From Squalus acanthias (taxonomy: Eukaryota), in the NCBI GenBank assembly GCA_030390025.1, contig JASTWF010000356.1, forward strand, positions 434,001-490,000: a stretch of DNA of 56,000 nucleotides. Direction: 5' to 3'. This document shows, in pieces, positions 39,041-51,614 of this stretch. The position numbers and the translations under genes were made by a program. The notes under the pieces are model-generated. The model saw only the letters and a list, made by a program, of their open reading frames with translations, was not told the DNA's origin and did not search any database. Position 1 is the first letter of the stretch. The number at the start of each line of letters is the position of its first letter.

Positions 39041-42000
39041 CTTCTCTTCTTAGGCAGTCCCTCGGAACCGAGGATGACTTGCTTCCACAATAAAGATGAG
39101 TTCTCAGGTGACTGATGAGTCCAATGCGGGACCTACAGTCTCTGTCACAGGTGGGACAGACGGTGGTTGAAGGTGTGGGTGGGTGGGGTGCTTGGGTTGA
39201 CGTGCGCTCCTTCCACTGTTTGTGCTTGACTTCGGCTTGCTCCCGGCGAAGAGACTCGAGGTGTTCGGCGCATTCCCGGATGCTTCTCCTCCACTTTGTG
39301 CGGTCTTGGGCTAGGGATTCCCAGGTGTCGAATAGGATGTTGAACTTTTTCAAGGAGGCTTTGAGGGTGTCCTTGAAGCGTTTCCTCTGCCCACCTGGGG
39401 CTCTCCTGCCGTGTCGGAGCTCCGAGTTGAGAACTTGTTTCGGGAGTCTGGTATCGGGCATGCGGACGATGTGACCCGTCCATCGGAGCTGATCGAGCGT
39501 GGTCAAAGCTTCGATGCTGGGAATATTGGCCTGAGCGAGAACACTGACGTTGGTGCGCCTATACTACAAATGGATTTGCAGGATCTTGCGGAGGTAACGT
39601 TGTTGCTACCTCTCTAGTGCTTTGAGGTGCCTGCTGTACATGGTCCATGTCTCTGAAGCATACAGGAGGGCAGGTATCACTACTGCCTTGTAGACCATGA
39701 GCTTAGTGCCGGGTTTGAGGTCCACGGCTTCAAACACTCTCTTCCTCAGGCGACCGAAGGCTGCACTGGCACACTGAAGGCGGTTTTGGACTTCGTCATC
39801 GACGTCTGCTCTTGTTGACAGTAGGCTCCAGAGGTATGGAAAGTGGTCCACGTTGTCCAAGGCCTTGTCACGGATTTTGATAATAGTGGGGCAGTACTGT
39901 GTGGCGTGGGCAGGTTGGTAGAGGACATTTGTCTTACGGATGTTTAGTGTAAGGCCCATGCTCGCGTACACTTCGGTGAAGGTGTTGACGATGGTTTGGA
40001 GTTCGACCTCAGAGTGTGCGCAGATGCAAGCGTCGTCTGCATACTGTAATTCGATGACAGAGGATGGGACGAACTTGGATCTGGACTGGATGTGACGGAG
40101 GTTGAACAGTTGCCGTTTTTTCTGCAGATTAGCTCCACTCCAGTGGGGAGCTTACTGAGGTTGAGATGGAGCATTGCAGCAAGGAAGTTCGAGAACAGCG
40201 TTGGTGTGATGATACAGCCTTGCTTGAACCCGGTCCATGCGTGAATTGGGTCTGCATCCGTTGGTCAGGATCATGACTTGCTTTTCGTCGTGAAGCAGGT
40301 GGAGGCTGGTGAAAAACTTTTGAGGGCATCCGAATTTGAGGAGGGCACTCCATAATCCCTCAATGTTGATGGTGTCGAAGGCATTTGTCAGGTCAAAGAA
40401 GGCCATGTACAGCGTTTGGTGCTGTCCCCTGCATTTATCTTGTAATTGACGCACGGTGAAGATCATATCCATTCTGCCCCTTAGTGGGTGGAATCCGCAT
40501 TGAGTCTCTAGGAGGAGCTCTTCAGCCACTGGGAGAAGGCAATTGAGGAGGATTCTTGCGATGACTTTCCCTGTGCCAGACAACAGTATTTAACACAATC
40601 GGACTCGTCACCTTTCTTGAAGATGCTCACGGTTACAGCATCTCTGAGATAGTTGTTCTTCAGTTGTCGAATGGCCTTTTCACCCTCATGCCAGGCTGGG
40701 GTTCTGCTGAGGTAGCGGCGGGTAGCACGCTGCAGGATGGAGCTGAGTAGACTCTTGTCGAAGACAGAGTGTCGGTTAAGGAGATCTTTGAAGTGTTCCT
40801 TCCAGCGTGCACTGACTGCCTCTCTGTCCTTGATGAGTACTTCTCCATTCTTGGCCCGCAGTGGGGTAGGACCTTGGGTGCTTGGGCCGTAGGCATTCTT
40901 GATTGCCCTAAAGAATCCACGCACGTCATGGTTGTCGGCTAGCTGCTGGATATCCTGCGCTTTCTCCACCCACCACCTGTTCTTTAGATCGCGAGTTTTT
41001 TGTTGGACATCGGCTTTAAGGCGTCTGTGGAGCTGCTTCCTTGTTCTCGAGTTGTGTTGCTGTTTCCAGACCAGGAATGCCTTGCGCTTGCGGGTTATTA
41101 TCTCCTGGATCTCCTGGTCTTTCTCGTCGAACCAGTCTTGGTGTTTCCTGGTCGAGTGACCGAGCGTCTGTTCACAGGTGCTGATTATGGAGGCCTTGAG
41201 TGCAGACCAGGCGCTGTGGTCACTCTGTGTCTCTGCATCACAGGGAGTAGTCAGGTTGGTTGTCAGGCACAGTCTGAATAGAGCTTTCTTAGCGGGGTCT
41301 TTGAGTGCTCCAGCGTTGATTTTCCTGCCCCATTGTTTCTGTTGCCGCCGCTGTTTTGGGGCTACATTGATGGAGATGACAGAGTGGAGTAGGCGGTAGT
41401 CGGTCCAGCAGACGTCAGCTCCTGTCATGGCTCGGATGATGCGGACGTCCTCGCAGTCCCTCGCTCGGACAATGATGTATTCCAGCAGATGCCAGTGCTT
41501 GGAGCGAGGGTGCTCCCATGAAGCCTTGTACTTGTCTCTCTGATGGAACAAGGTGTTGGTTATGACAAGGCCATGTTCTTAGCATTTCGTCAGGAGCAGG
41601 GTACCTTTGGAGTTGGCTTTCCCTACCCCCTCTCTGCCGATCACACCTTCCCAGAGGTCTGTGTCCTTTCCAACTCTGGCGTTAAAGTCGCCAAGGAGGA
41701 TAAGCTTGTCGTCCGTTGGGACACAGGACGGGTATTGTTCGAGGCTGGTGTAGAATTCCTCTTTGGTCTCGTCTGTGGCTTCCAGTGTTGGGGCGTACGC
41801 AATGATGACCGTAGCACACTGGTTCCGGGCTAGGGTGAGCCGACGAGTCATGAGGTGCTAGTTTATAGCGTTAGGGGAGTCTCTGAGACGCCCAACTAGT
41901 TCATTTTTTATGGCGAAGCCTACCCCATGGAGGCGGAGTTCTTCTTCAGGTTTGCCTTTCCAGAAGAAGGTGTAGCCACCACCTTGTTCCTTGAGCTGGC

Positions 42001-42105
42001 CTTCCCCTGCCCGCTGGCTCTCACTTAGGGCGGCGTTGTCAATGTCGAAACGTCTGAGCTCCCAGGCAAAGATAGCAGTACGGCGTTCCGGTCTGTCACT
42101 GTTGG
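39041..42105 (-). mobile_element. RTE-clade (BovB-like) LINE, near full length, frameshifted
   Basis: DRPERRTA, GGYTFFWKG, YAPT, LGDFNARVG, HPRSKHWHLL, AFFDLTNAFDT, LQYADD, C-terminal CPTC...HLRTH zinc finger, short AAG tail. Confidence 0.93.
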
Positions 42106-42109
42106 GCTC

Positions 42110-43893
42110 TGAAAAGGCCATCCGACAACTGAAGAGCAACAAGGCCTCAGGAGCAGATGGATTCCCCACCGAGGCATTAAAGTATGGCGGAGATGCACTA
42201 CTGGCACAAATTCATGAAATCATTTTTCTTATCTGGCAGGAGGAGAGCATGCCAGGGGATCTCAGAGACGCCATAATTGTGAGCATCTTCAAAAAAAGTG
42301 ACAAGTCCGATTGCGGTAATTACGAGGAGTATCCCTGCTGTCTGCCGCAGGGAAAGTCCTCGCAAGAATCCTCCTCAATCGCCTTCTCCCAGTGTCTGAA
42401 GAGCTCCCCCCAGTGCCGCAATGCGGATTCCACCCACTAAGGGGCACAATGGACATGATGTCCACCGCGTGTCAATTACAAGGGAAAGGCTGGGAACAGC
42501 ACCAACAGCTGTACATGGCCTTCTTTGAACTCACAAATGCCTTCAACACTGTTAACTATGAGGGATTATGGAGTGTCCTCAAATTCGGTTGCCCTCAAAA
42601 GTTTGTCAGCATCCTCCACCTGCTTCACGACGACATGCAAGCTGTGATCCTGACCAACGGTTCCTCCACAGACCCAATTCACGTACGGACCGGGGTCAAG
42701 CAAGGCTGTGTCATCGCACCAACGCTCTGCTCGATCTTCCTTGCTGCAATGCTCCATCTCACCCTCAGTAAAATCCCCACTGGAGTGGAGCTAATTTACA
42801 GAACAAACGGGAAACTTTTCAAACTCCGTCGCCTCCAGTCCAGATCCAAGGTCGTCCCATCCTCTCTCATGGAATTACAGTATGCAGACGACGCTTGCGT
42901 CTGTGTTCAATCGGATTTCGAACTCCAAACCATCGTCAACACCTTCACCGAAGCGTACGGGAGCATGGGCCTTACACTAAACATCCGTAAGACAAAGGTC
43001 CTCTACTAACCTGCCCCCGCCACACAGTACTGTCTCCCGATTATCAAAATCAACGACAAGGACTTGGAAAACGTGGGCCACTTTCCATACCTCGGGAGCC
43101 TACGGTCAACAAGGGCAGACGTCGATGACGAAGTCCAACACCGCCTTCAGTGTGCCAGTGCAGCCTTCGGTCGCCGGATGAAGTGAGTGTTTGAAGACCA
43201 GGACCTCAAACCCGGCACTAAGCTCATGGTCTACAGAGCAGCAGTGATACCCGCCCTGCTGTATGCCTCAGATAGATGGACCATGTACAGCAGGCACCTC
43301 AAAGCACTGGAGAGGTACCACCAACGCTGCCTCCGCAAGATCCTGCAAATACATTGGCAGGATAGGCGCACGAACGTCAGTGTTCTTGCTCAGGCCAACA
43401 TCCCCAGCATCGAAGCTTTGACCACGCTCGATCAGCTCCAATGGACGGGTCACATCGTCGGCATGCCCGATACGAGACTCCCAAAACAAGCGCTCTACTC
43501 GTAGCTCCGGCACGGCAAGAGAGTCCCAGGTGTGCAGAGGAAACGCTTCAACGACACCCTCAAAGCCTCCTTGAAAATGTTCAACATCCTGTTCGACACC
43601 TGGGAATCCCTGGCCCAAGACCGCTCAAAGTGGAGGAGAAGCATCCGGGAAGGCGTCGAACACCTCGAATCTCTTTGCCTGGACCAAGCGGAAGCCAAGC
43701 GTAAACAGCGGAAGGAGCGCACGTCAACCCAAGCACCCCACCCACCCGTCCCTTCAACCACCGTCTGTCTCACCTGTGACAGAGACTGTAGGTCCCGCAT
43801 ATGATTTATCAGGCACCTGAGAACTCATTTTTAACGTGGAAGCAAGTCATCCTCGGTTCCGAGGGACTGCCTAAGAATAAGGAAGAAGAAGAA
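42110..43893 (+). mobile_element. RTE-clade (BovB-like) LINE, 5'-truncated
   Basis: GVKQGCVIAP, LQYADD, RLPKQ, CLTCDRDC. (GAA)n tail at about 43880-43893. Confidence 0.93.
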
Positions 43894-43899
43894 AAGGTA

Positions 43900-45520
43900 A
43901 TGACAGCCGGTTATTTTAAATTACGTTGATAAGTAATGTTAACTATTGGTTTGCCAAGTACAAACGCTGATGGTGATCTTCATCACACTACAACATATGT
44001 GGGAATAAAAATAGGACATCCCGCCTCGCAAATAAAACTCTACCTATCCGATCCAGGAAAAGGACCCAAATGTTAATGGACTACAAGAAATTGAATCATG
44101 AAATTTATTAAGTAACGATGTGCGTTTTGAAATTGTTAATTGAAATCGAAAGTCTTAAACAAGAGCTAGAATCTGTCAAATAAATTAAGTGACTGGAGAT
44201 ATTTACAATTAATAGACAACATGGTAGGAGAATTATTAAAAGGATGTGTCAGTACAGAATAGAAAACAGGAACCAAGGGTTGATTAAGATAGGGAACATA
44301 AGGAGAATCAATTTAAATCACAAAAAAAGCGAGAGCTGACACGAGAGCTGGGAATAGGAGCCACGGCAAGATCAACAGGAATGAACAGAATAGATATAGA
44401 AAGTATGTGGGAACACGATGAGGTAATGAAGAGGCAATTAAAAAGATTGTGGGCAAACAATGAGGCTGACCAGAATCAAAACCTTACTAGAGGTATCGTG
44501 TGTAGCCTCTGTGTGACATTTGTGATGAATGTGCTACAGAAGCGACTGGACAACATAGAGGGTAATCAAATCCCTTATTTTATTCATGAAGAACAACGGA
44601 GAAAATGGTTTAAAGGAACCGCGACATAGACTATGATGTCATACAGCAAATGGGAATGGCGTTTTTGGTCTCCTAGGATGGGGAAGTAAATGAAGATAAT
44701 ATGGCAGTGCGATTGGTCTTGCCTTTGTTAAGGAAAAATGGAAATGAAACAAAACCTTGGAAGGTGTATAGGGTAGAATCGATTGGAATGGTGGAAGACT
44801 CGGAGTTAGGTCCGATCCATAAACAGTATGAGGAATATCCAAGATATCTGATTAAGAAGGGTGGAATTTGGATAGCACCATATATGCAATGTTGTACTCT
44901 GAAATGGTCAGCATGGGTTTGCAGATGTGACGTAGTCCATCAGCATACTGTTCCACCTTATGGGTTCACCCTCGAGAAAGAATCACCAAAATGCCAGTTC
45001 GGAATAAGTAAATGGGGCGAAGACCAAACTAAAATGGTGTATAAAGGAAAATGATTATTTTGTGTGTGACTACTACGGCCACTTATATGACAGTGGATTC
45101 CAGCAAATGCCCCAAACTAGAACATCAGTTTTGTTCGATCCCAACGAGAAATACGCATATTGGAGCTCAAACTTTGTTGCCGATACATCGTTATAAAGTT
45201 AGTAATCTACAGGTGTAACTGCCTCTGGAGGATGAAGCCATTCGAGCCATTCCTCAAATTGGACACTACATACCTCCTCTGTCTCTGGCTTTAAAGACCA
45301 TAATTGAATGACCTAGGATATCACAGAAACACGCAGTGCAAATGATACAGCCAAATAGAGAGACAGAACAGGCAATCCCGAAACTTGGGAATCATGAATG
45401 GTGGGAAGTCGTATCTACCGTGGAACTACATCCTTGGGTTAGATTGTTCAGATGGGATTGGTGATAGGACAGATAAAAGCTTTAGGGATTCTGGTCATTG
45501 CGTTCTGCGAAGTCGATAAG
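43900..45520 (+). pseudogene. Decayed viral-type class I fusion/envelope gene
   Basis: Manual translation gives QKKR|ELTRELGIGATARSTGMNRIDIESM, heptad region, LVLP..YRVESIG, Cys-rich CC..WVCRC..C..FCVTT..C..FC, then WWE and hydrophobic GLVIGQIKALGILVIAFC. Several stops and frameshifts. Confidence 0.65.
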
Positions 45521-48380
45521 GGATTGCATTTATTTAATTCAAGGAGTCTTGCGATTAAGGCAGATGAATTGAAGGTGCTGATGAACACATGGGAGTATGA
45601 TATTGTTGCTGTCACAGAGACATGGTTGAGAGAGGGGCAGGACTAGCAGCTCAATATTCCGGTGTATAAAATCTTCAGGTGAGACAGAGGGGTTGTAAAA
45701 GAGGACGGGATGTCGCAATATTAATCAAGGAGTCAATTACTGCTGAAAGGAGGGATGATATCTTAGCAGGTTCCTCTAATGAGGCCATATGGGTAGAACT
45801 TAAAAACAAAAAGGGGGCAAGCCCTTTGCTGGGAGTGTACGAAAGGCCCCCAAACCGTCAGAGGGAGATAGAGGAACACATATGGAGGCAAATCACAGAC
45901 AAGTGTAGAAATAATAGGGTAATAATAGTAGGGGAGTTCAACTTCAACAATATTAACTAGGCTAATCAGAATCTGAAAGGCTGAGAGGGTGCGGAATACT
46001 TAAAGTGTATCCAGGAGAGATTTTTGAGCCAGCATGTTGAAATTCCTACAAGAGAGGGGGCGATACTGGACTTAATTCTCGGGAATGTAGCCGGGAAAGT
46101 GGTAGAAGTGTCAGTAGGAGAGCATTTTGGTGACAGTGACCATAATTCTGTGAGATTTACGATAGTCATGGAAAAGGACAAAGTTAGACCGGAAATAAAG
46201 GTTCTAAATTGGGGGAAGGCCGAATTTAATACGATAAGGCAGGATCTGGCCAAAATGGACTGGGATCAGCTACTTGTAGGAAAATACACACCAGAGCAGT
46301 GGGAGTCTTTCACAAAGGAAATAGAGAGAGTACAACGCCAACATGTTCCCGTAACGATCAAGGGTGGGACCAACAAGCCCAGGGAACCCTGGATGTCAAG
46401 GGATATACAAGAATGGATTAGGAAAAAAAGGGAAGCTTTTGGCAGATACAAAGTACAAAAAACAGTGGAAGCACTAGAGGAGTATAGAAAATGCAGGGGG
46501 GTATTCAAAAATAAATTAGGAGAGCGAAGAGTGGGAATTAAAAAACACTGGCGGGCAAAATAAAGGAAAATACCAAGGCGTTTTATAAGTATATTAAGGG
46601 CAAGAAGAAAACCCGGGAAAGAGTAGGGCCCAATAGGGTCCAAAGTGGCAATCTGTGTGTAGAGCCGGAAGATGTAGATGGGGTTTTAAATGAATATTTT
46701 GCATCTTTGTTCACTATGGAGTAGGACGATGTTGGCATATAAATCAGGCAGGGCGATTGTGATATACTTGAAAAAATTAGCATTGAGAGGGAGGAGGTAC
46801 TAGCGGTTTTAGCGGGCTTAAAAGTTGATAAATCCCCAGGCACAGACGAGATGTATCCCAGGCTGCTGTGTGAGGCAAGGGAGGAGATTGCAGATGCTCT
46901 GACACAAATTTTCAGAATCTTTTTGGCCACAGGGGAGGTGCCAGATAACTGGAGAACAGCTAACGTAGTACCATTATTCAAGAAGGGTAGTAGGGATAAA
47001 CCAGGGAATTACAGGCCAGTGCGCCTAACATCAATGGTAGGGAAATTATTGGAAAACATTCTGAGGGACTGAATTAGTCTCCACTTGGAGAGGCAAGGCT
47101 TAATCAAGGATAGTCAGCATGGCTTTGTCAGGGGAAGATCATGTCTAAACAATTTGATTGAATTTTTCGAGGGAGTGACTGGTTGTGTGTATGAGGTAGT
47201 GCAGTTGATGTAGTCTACATAGACTTCAGGAAGGCTTTTGACAAAGTCCCGCATGAGTGACTTTTCAAGAAGGTAAGAGCCCATGGGATCCAGTGCAATT
47301 CGGCACATTGGATCCAAAATTGGCTTAGTGGCAGGAGGCAGAGGGGGATGGCCGAAGGTTGTTTTTGTCACTGGAAGCCTGTGTCCAGTGGTGTACTGCA
47401 GGGATCGGTGCTGTTTCCTTTGCTCTTTGTAGTGTACATTAATGATTTAGATATGAATGTAGGAGGTATGATCAGTAAGTTCGCAGATGACACGAAAATT
47501 GGTGGAGTGGCAAATAGCGAGGAGGGAAGCCTAATTCTACAGGACGATATGGACGGGTTGGTTAGATGGGAAGAAGAGTGGCAAATGAAATTTAACCTGA
47601 AAAGTGTGAGGTGATGCATTTTGGGAGGACTAACAAGGCAAGGGAATAGACAATGAATGGTAGGACCCTAGGAAGGACAGAGGATCAGAGCGACCTTGAT
47701 GTGCATGTACATAGATCCCTGAAGGCAGCAGGACAGTTGGATAAGGTGGTTAAAAAGGCATATGGGATACTTGCCTTCAATAGCCGAGCCATTGAATATA
47801 AGAGCAGGGAGGTTATGATGGAGCTGTACAAAGCGCTAGTTAGGCCACAGCTGGAATAATGTGTGCAGTTCTGGTCTCCAAACTAGAGGAAGGATGTGAT
47901 TGCATTGGAGAGGGTGCAGAGGAGATTCACCAGGATGTTACCTGGGCTGGAGCGTTTCAGCTATGAAGAGAGACTGGACAGGCTGGGCTTGTTTTCCATA
48001 GAGCAGAGAAGGCTGAGGGCGGACATGATTGAGGTGTACAGAATTATGAGGGGCATAGATAGGCTAGATAGAAAGGAACTTTTCCCCGTAGTAGAGGGGT
48101 CAATAATCAGGGGGCATAGTTTCAGGGTAAGGGGCAGGAGGTTTAGAGGGTATTTGAGGAAAATCTTTCATCTGGAACTCACTGCCTGAAAGGAAGGTAG
48201 AGGCAGGGACCCGCGCGACATTCAAGAAGCATTTAGATGAGCAGTTGAAACGCTCTAGCATACAAGGCTATGAACCAAGTGCTGGAAAATGGGATTCGAA
48301 TAGACAGGGCTTGATGGCCGGCGCGGACACGATGGGCCGAAGTGCATCTTTCTGTGCTGTATAAATCTATGACTATGACA
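45521..48380 (+). mobile_element. CR1 ORF2, decayed (APE endonuclease to 3' tail)
   Basis: FNSRSL...VTETW, GDSDHN, NYRPV, FADDTK, CTATGACTATGAC tail. Same subfamily as 31326-34700. Confidence 0.95.
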
Positions 48381-48439
48381 TAGAAAATAATGAAAGGTAA
48401 GGAGATAGCAAGGACACTAAGAGGAAGCCAGGATTAGTA

Positions 48440-49810
48440 AAGACAAAGAATGATATAAAACACGTTGCCAAGAGGTAAAGTAACCCATAAAAATGTGGAA
48501 CATGTTGGCATATGCAGCCTGGTTAATTCAGCTTCTGAAAGGAACTCGTGTTCAATTAATTTGATAGAGGGAAAAATGCATTTTTTATCATTAGAGAGAG
48601 AGAGAGACAAAGAGACAGAGAGACAGATTTCACTCAGCAATAGCTGGTGTTTTGCGACCAACCAGCCTTCGATATATATAATAGAATGTTTAGCTTAGAA
48701 ATATTGGCCCAAAAATTGATCCCGGGACGCGAGAGTACGCACTGCGTACTCTCGCGTATTCCCTCTGCAATTGCCGGTTTTCTGCATGCCCTGCGCATGC
48801 GCTGAAAACCGGCAATTGCTCTTTTGAAAAGGGGGCGGTTCCTCGGTGCATCGCGTGCGCGCTACAGGCTGCGCGCACGCTGTGCACTTCATGCTTTGGA
48901 CGCGCAGGTAAGTACTGAAGATTTTAGAAATGTAAAAAGGAGGAGTAAGACCCACTTTTAACAAGGTAAGTAGTGAATTAAGTATTTTTTTGAATTTTTT
49001 TTTACAGGTATATCTTTTTTAGAGACTTTAAAGACAGGTAAGTTTATTTTTATAACTTTTTAAAAGATTTTAAATTTTTTCAAAAATGTAATTTGTTATT
49101 TAAAATGGTTAATTTATTTAACTATACTTATTTTATTAATGTGATGTTTTTTTTTTAAATTTAATTGAGGTTTAGCTGTTATTTTGGGGGGGTGTAAGAT
49201 TCATAGATTTCACAGCACGGATGTGAAACTTATGAATGGAAGATGGTATGCTGCCATTGGCTCTAACTGAGTCACGTGATCCCACAGCTCGCACGAATTC
49301 ACTACGCCGGTGGGATACGCAAGCACTGCCCGGCTGATGTCTGGAACATCAAGTTCGTGCGAGCTGGATCTGAAAAAGCACAAGCGAGGTGAGAGAACGC
49401 GGGGAAGGCTTACCCCCGCGGGAACAGAGCGAGATCAATTTCTGGGCCATTATGTTGGTAAAAGGAAAGTCCAGAACGAGAGATTTATGCTTACCATAGC
49501 AAGGCCAGGATGTTTTTCTGCGTGTTATTGATGTAGTCTTGTGTCTCTGGACTATATAGCATCCAGAGATGTACATATTAGGCAATGTCTGCAGAGGTTT
49601 GATAAGAAAACAGTGTATAAATGTAAGCTTTTTCCTTTGTATGGGAGCATGGAGGTACCCATGCCTAGGTACGCATGCTCTATCTGTGACTAGACTCTGC
49701 TTGTAAACTGCTTTCGATGCTGAAGTTAAAGAATGAAATAATTCTAACCAGAAGACTGAATTCGTTACTACTTAAGTGAACAAACAGAAGAAACAGGTTC
49801 TACCCTTATA
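48440..49810 (+). mobile_element. Probable 3' LTR of the env-bearing element (interrupted by the MITE)
   Basis: Follows the env C-terminal remnant (48381-48440). TATAAA at 49616-49621, then a hairpin at 49645-49680. Termini not resolvable. Confidence 0.4.
48706..49448. mobile_element. Non-autonomous DNA transposon (MITE), PIF/Harbinger-group-like
   Basis: TIRs GGCCCAAAAATTGATC and GATCAATTTCTGGGCC (15/16 match), ATT duplicated at 48703-48705 and 49449-49451. Length 743 bp. Confidence 0.88.
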
Positions 49811-50274
49811 CTATTCGGCTACAATGGGCTGCACAATCTATAACAGTGTTCCGCTAAGCTGAAACCACGGTCGACACATTTATATAACAATCTAATCATT
49901 TTGCCTCCAACTTTCCCCATAAGCATTGTTTATTGTATTGTAATTCGTGGGACAATCTTTATAATTTATTGTGGTGTGTAGTGTCTTAGCAACTAGTCCC
50001 ATATACAGGTATGGCAATCTCTTGAACTGGATGTTTATCGTTTTCTGTCTTTGAGTTTCCAAATTGTCTTTTGTTCACACCCAGAGACAAAATTCAACTT
50101 CCCCTTTCCTCCCATTCGACTGCAACATTTACACGTCTTTAAAACGTTGTAACATTGATAACAAAATCATTTGCAGAATTTAAATATAACTGTTTTTGCA
50201 AGCATGATGAATTGTAATAGTATAAAAACAGCAGGAAGTGGATTGCGATACCGTGATGACTGCAGGCATCAAGA

Positions 50275-50950
50275 ATGACAAAATAATAAAACTACAGAAA
50301 TATCCTATTGTGATACATTGATCATGATATACATGGGGAATTGTGAATTGTTAAAATCTACAGGTATACCCAATTGTAATATTGATCACACAGACATGCG
50401 CAAATTGTAAAATATTAAAATTACAGGTATATCCAAAGTAATATTGATCAAACAGACATGCGGAATAGTAATATATTAAAATACTGGGAAATCCAATAGT
50501 AATATTTATCACAAAGATGTGGAAAATTGTAATATATTAAAACTGCAGGAATATCCAATGTAATATTATTCACTACAGACATGGGGAATTGTAATAAATG
50601 AAAAACTACAGGTATATCCAATATAATAGTGATCACTACAGACATGGGGAATTGTAATATATTAAAACAACTGCTGTATCCAATAGTAATATTTATCACA
50701 AAGATGTGGAAGATTGTAATATATTAATACTACAGGTATACACAATGTAATATTGATCACCACAGACATGGGGAATTGTAATAAATGAAAAACTACAGGT
50801 ATATCCAATATAATAGTGATCACTACAGACATGGGGAATTGTAATATGTTAAAACTACATATATATCCAATAGTAATATTGATCACCACAGACATGGGAA
50901 ACCGTAATATAATGAAACTACAGGTATATCCAATTGTAATATTGATCACC
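50275..50950. repeat. About 62-bp AT-rich tandem repeat, about 11 copies
   Basis: GACATGGG recurs at 50578, 50641, 50765, 50828, 50891, with a 187-bp three-unit higher-order period. Confidence 0.92.
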
Positions 50951-51119
50951 CTGCTAACAAAGGCCCTGAATGAAAGGCAACAGACAAACTGTGTTTATTT
51001 GAGGTGTTTTCGTGAGTTAGCGAGCCTCGGGAATAGTGTGAAACATTCTGATACATGACGCTGTTGGGTCGTTTTACCTTACCAGGATACCTGTCCCGGA
51101 CAAGCCCAGTTTCACTCCC

Positions 51120-51330
51120 GTCCCTGAAGCTCGTAAGTTCAAGACCCACAGCAAGGGCTTGAGCAAATAATCGGAAATGCCTGAGTGAGTGCTGCATTGT
51201 CGAATGTGCCGTCTTTCGAATGAAAAACGCAATCCAGGTCCTGTCTGCCTCTACAAGTGGAAGGGAAATAACCCTCGGCTCTACTGAAGGAAGAGAAGAG
51301 GACTCCTCTCAGTGTCTTGGTCCACATTGA
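51120..51330 (+). mobile_element. DeuSINE-type SINE remnant
   Basis: B-box-like GTTCAAGACC, then GAGTGCTGCATTGTCG..TGCCGTCTTTCG.ATGA...GAAGAG resembling the Deu domain (recognised from memory). Confidence 0.7.
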
Positions 51331-51614
51331 GCTATCTTAAACATTTAATACCAGATTATACTCGCTGTAGTTTTCCTTCAGTATCCACGACTTTCTAATT
51401 TTCCCCAGCACCTCCCCAGGTCAGTATCTGTCCCGGATATTCAGGATCCCGCCCGCCCAACTAGTTCCCAGGAAGACATGTATAGGTCCTTGGAGCACAA
51501 AGACTGGACATAACATCACTGATCTGAGGTTATACCTGGAGATTTGCGGGGGTTTGAGTGCTGCACAGCCGGGAAAACGGAATCGCCTCTCCCGTGTATA
51601 ATAACGACAACTGG

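Noticed and set aside
39041..48380. Autonomous active RTE or CR1 elements
   Set aside because: All copies contain multiple stops, frameshifts or deletions.
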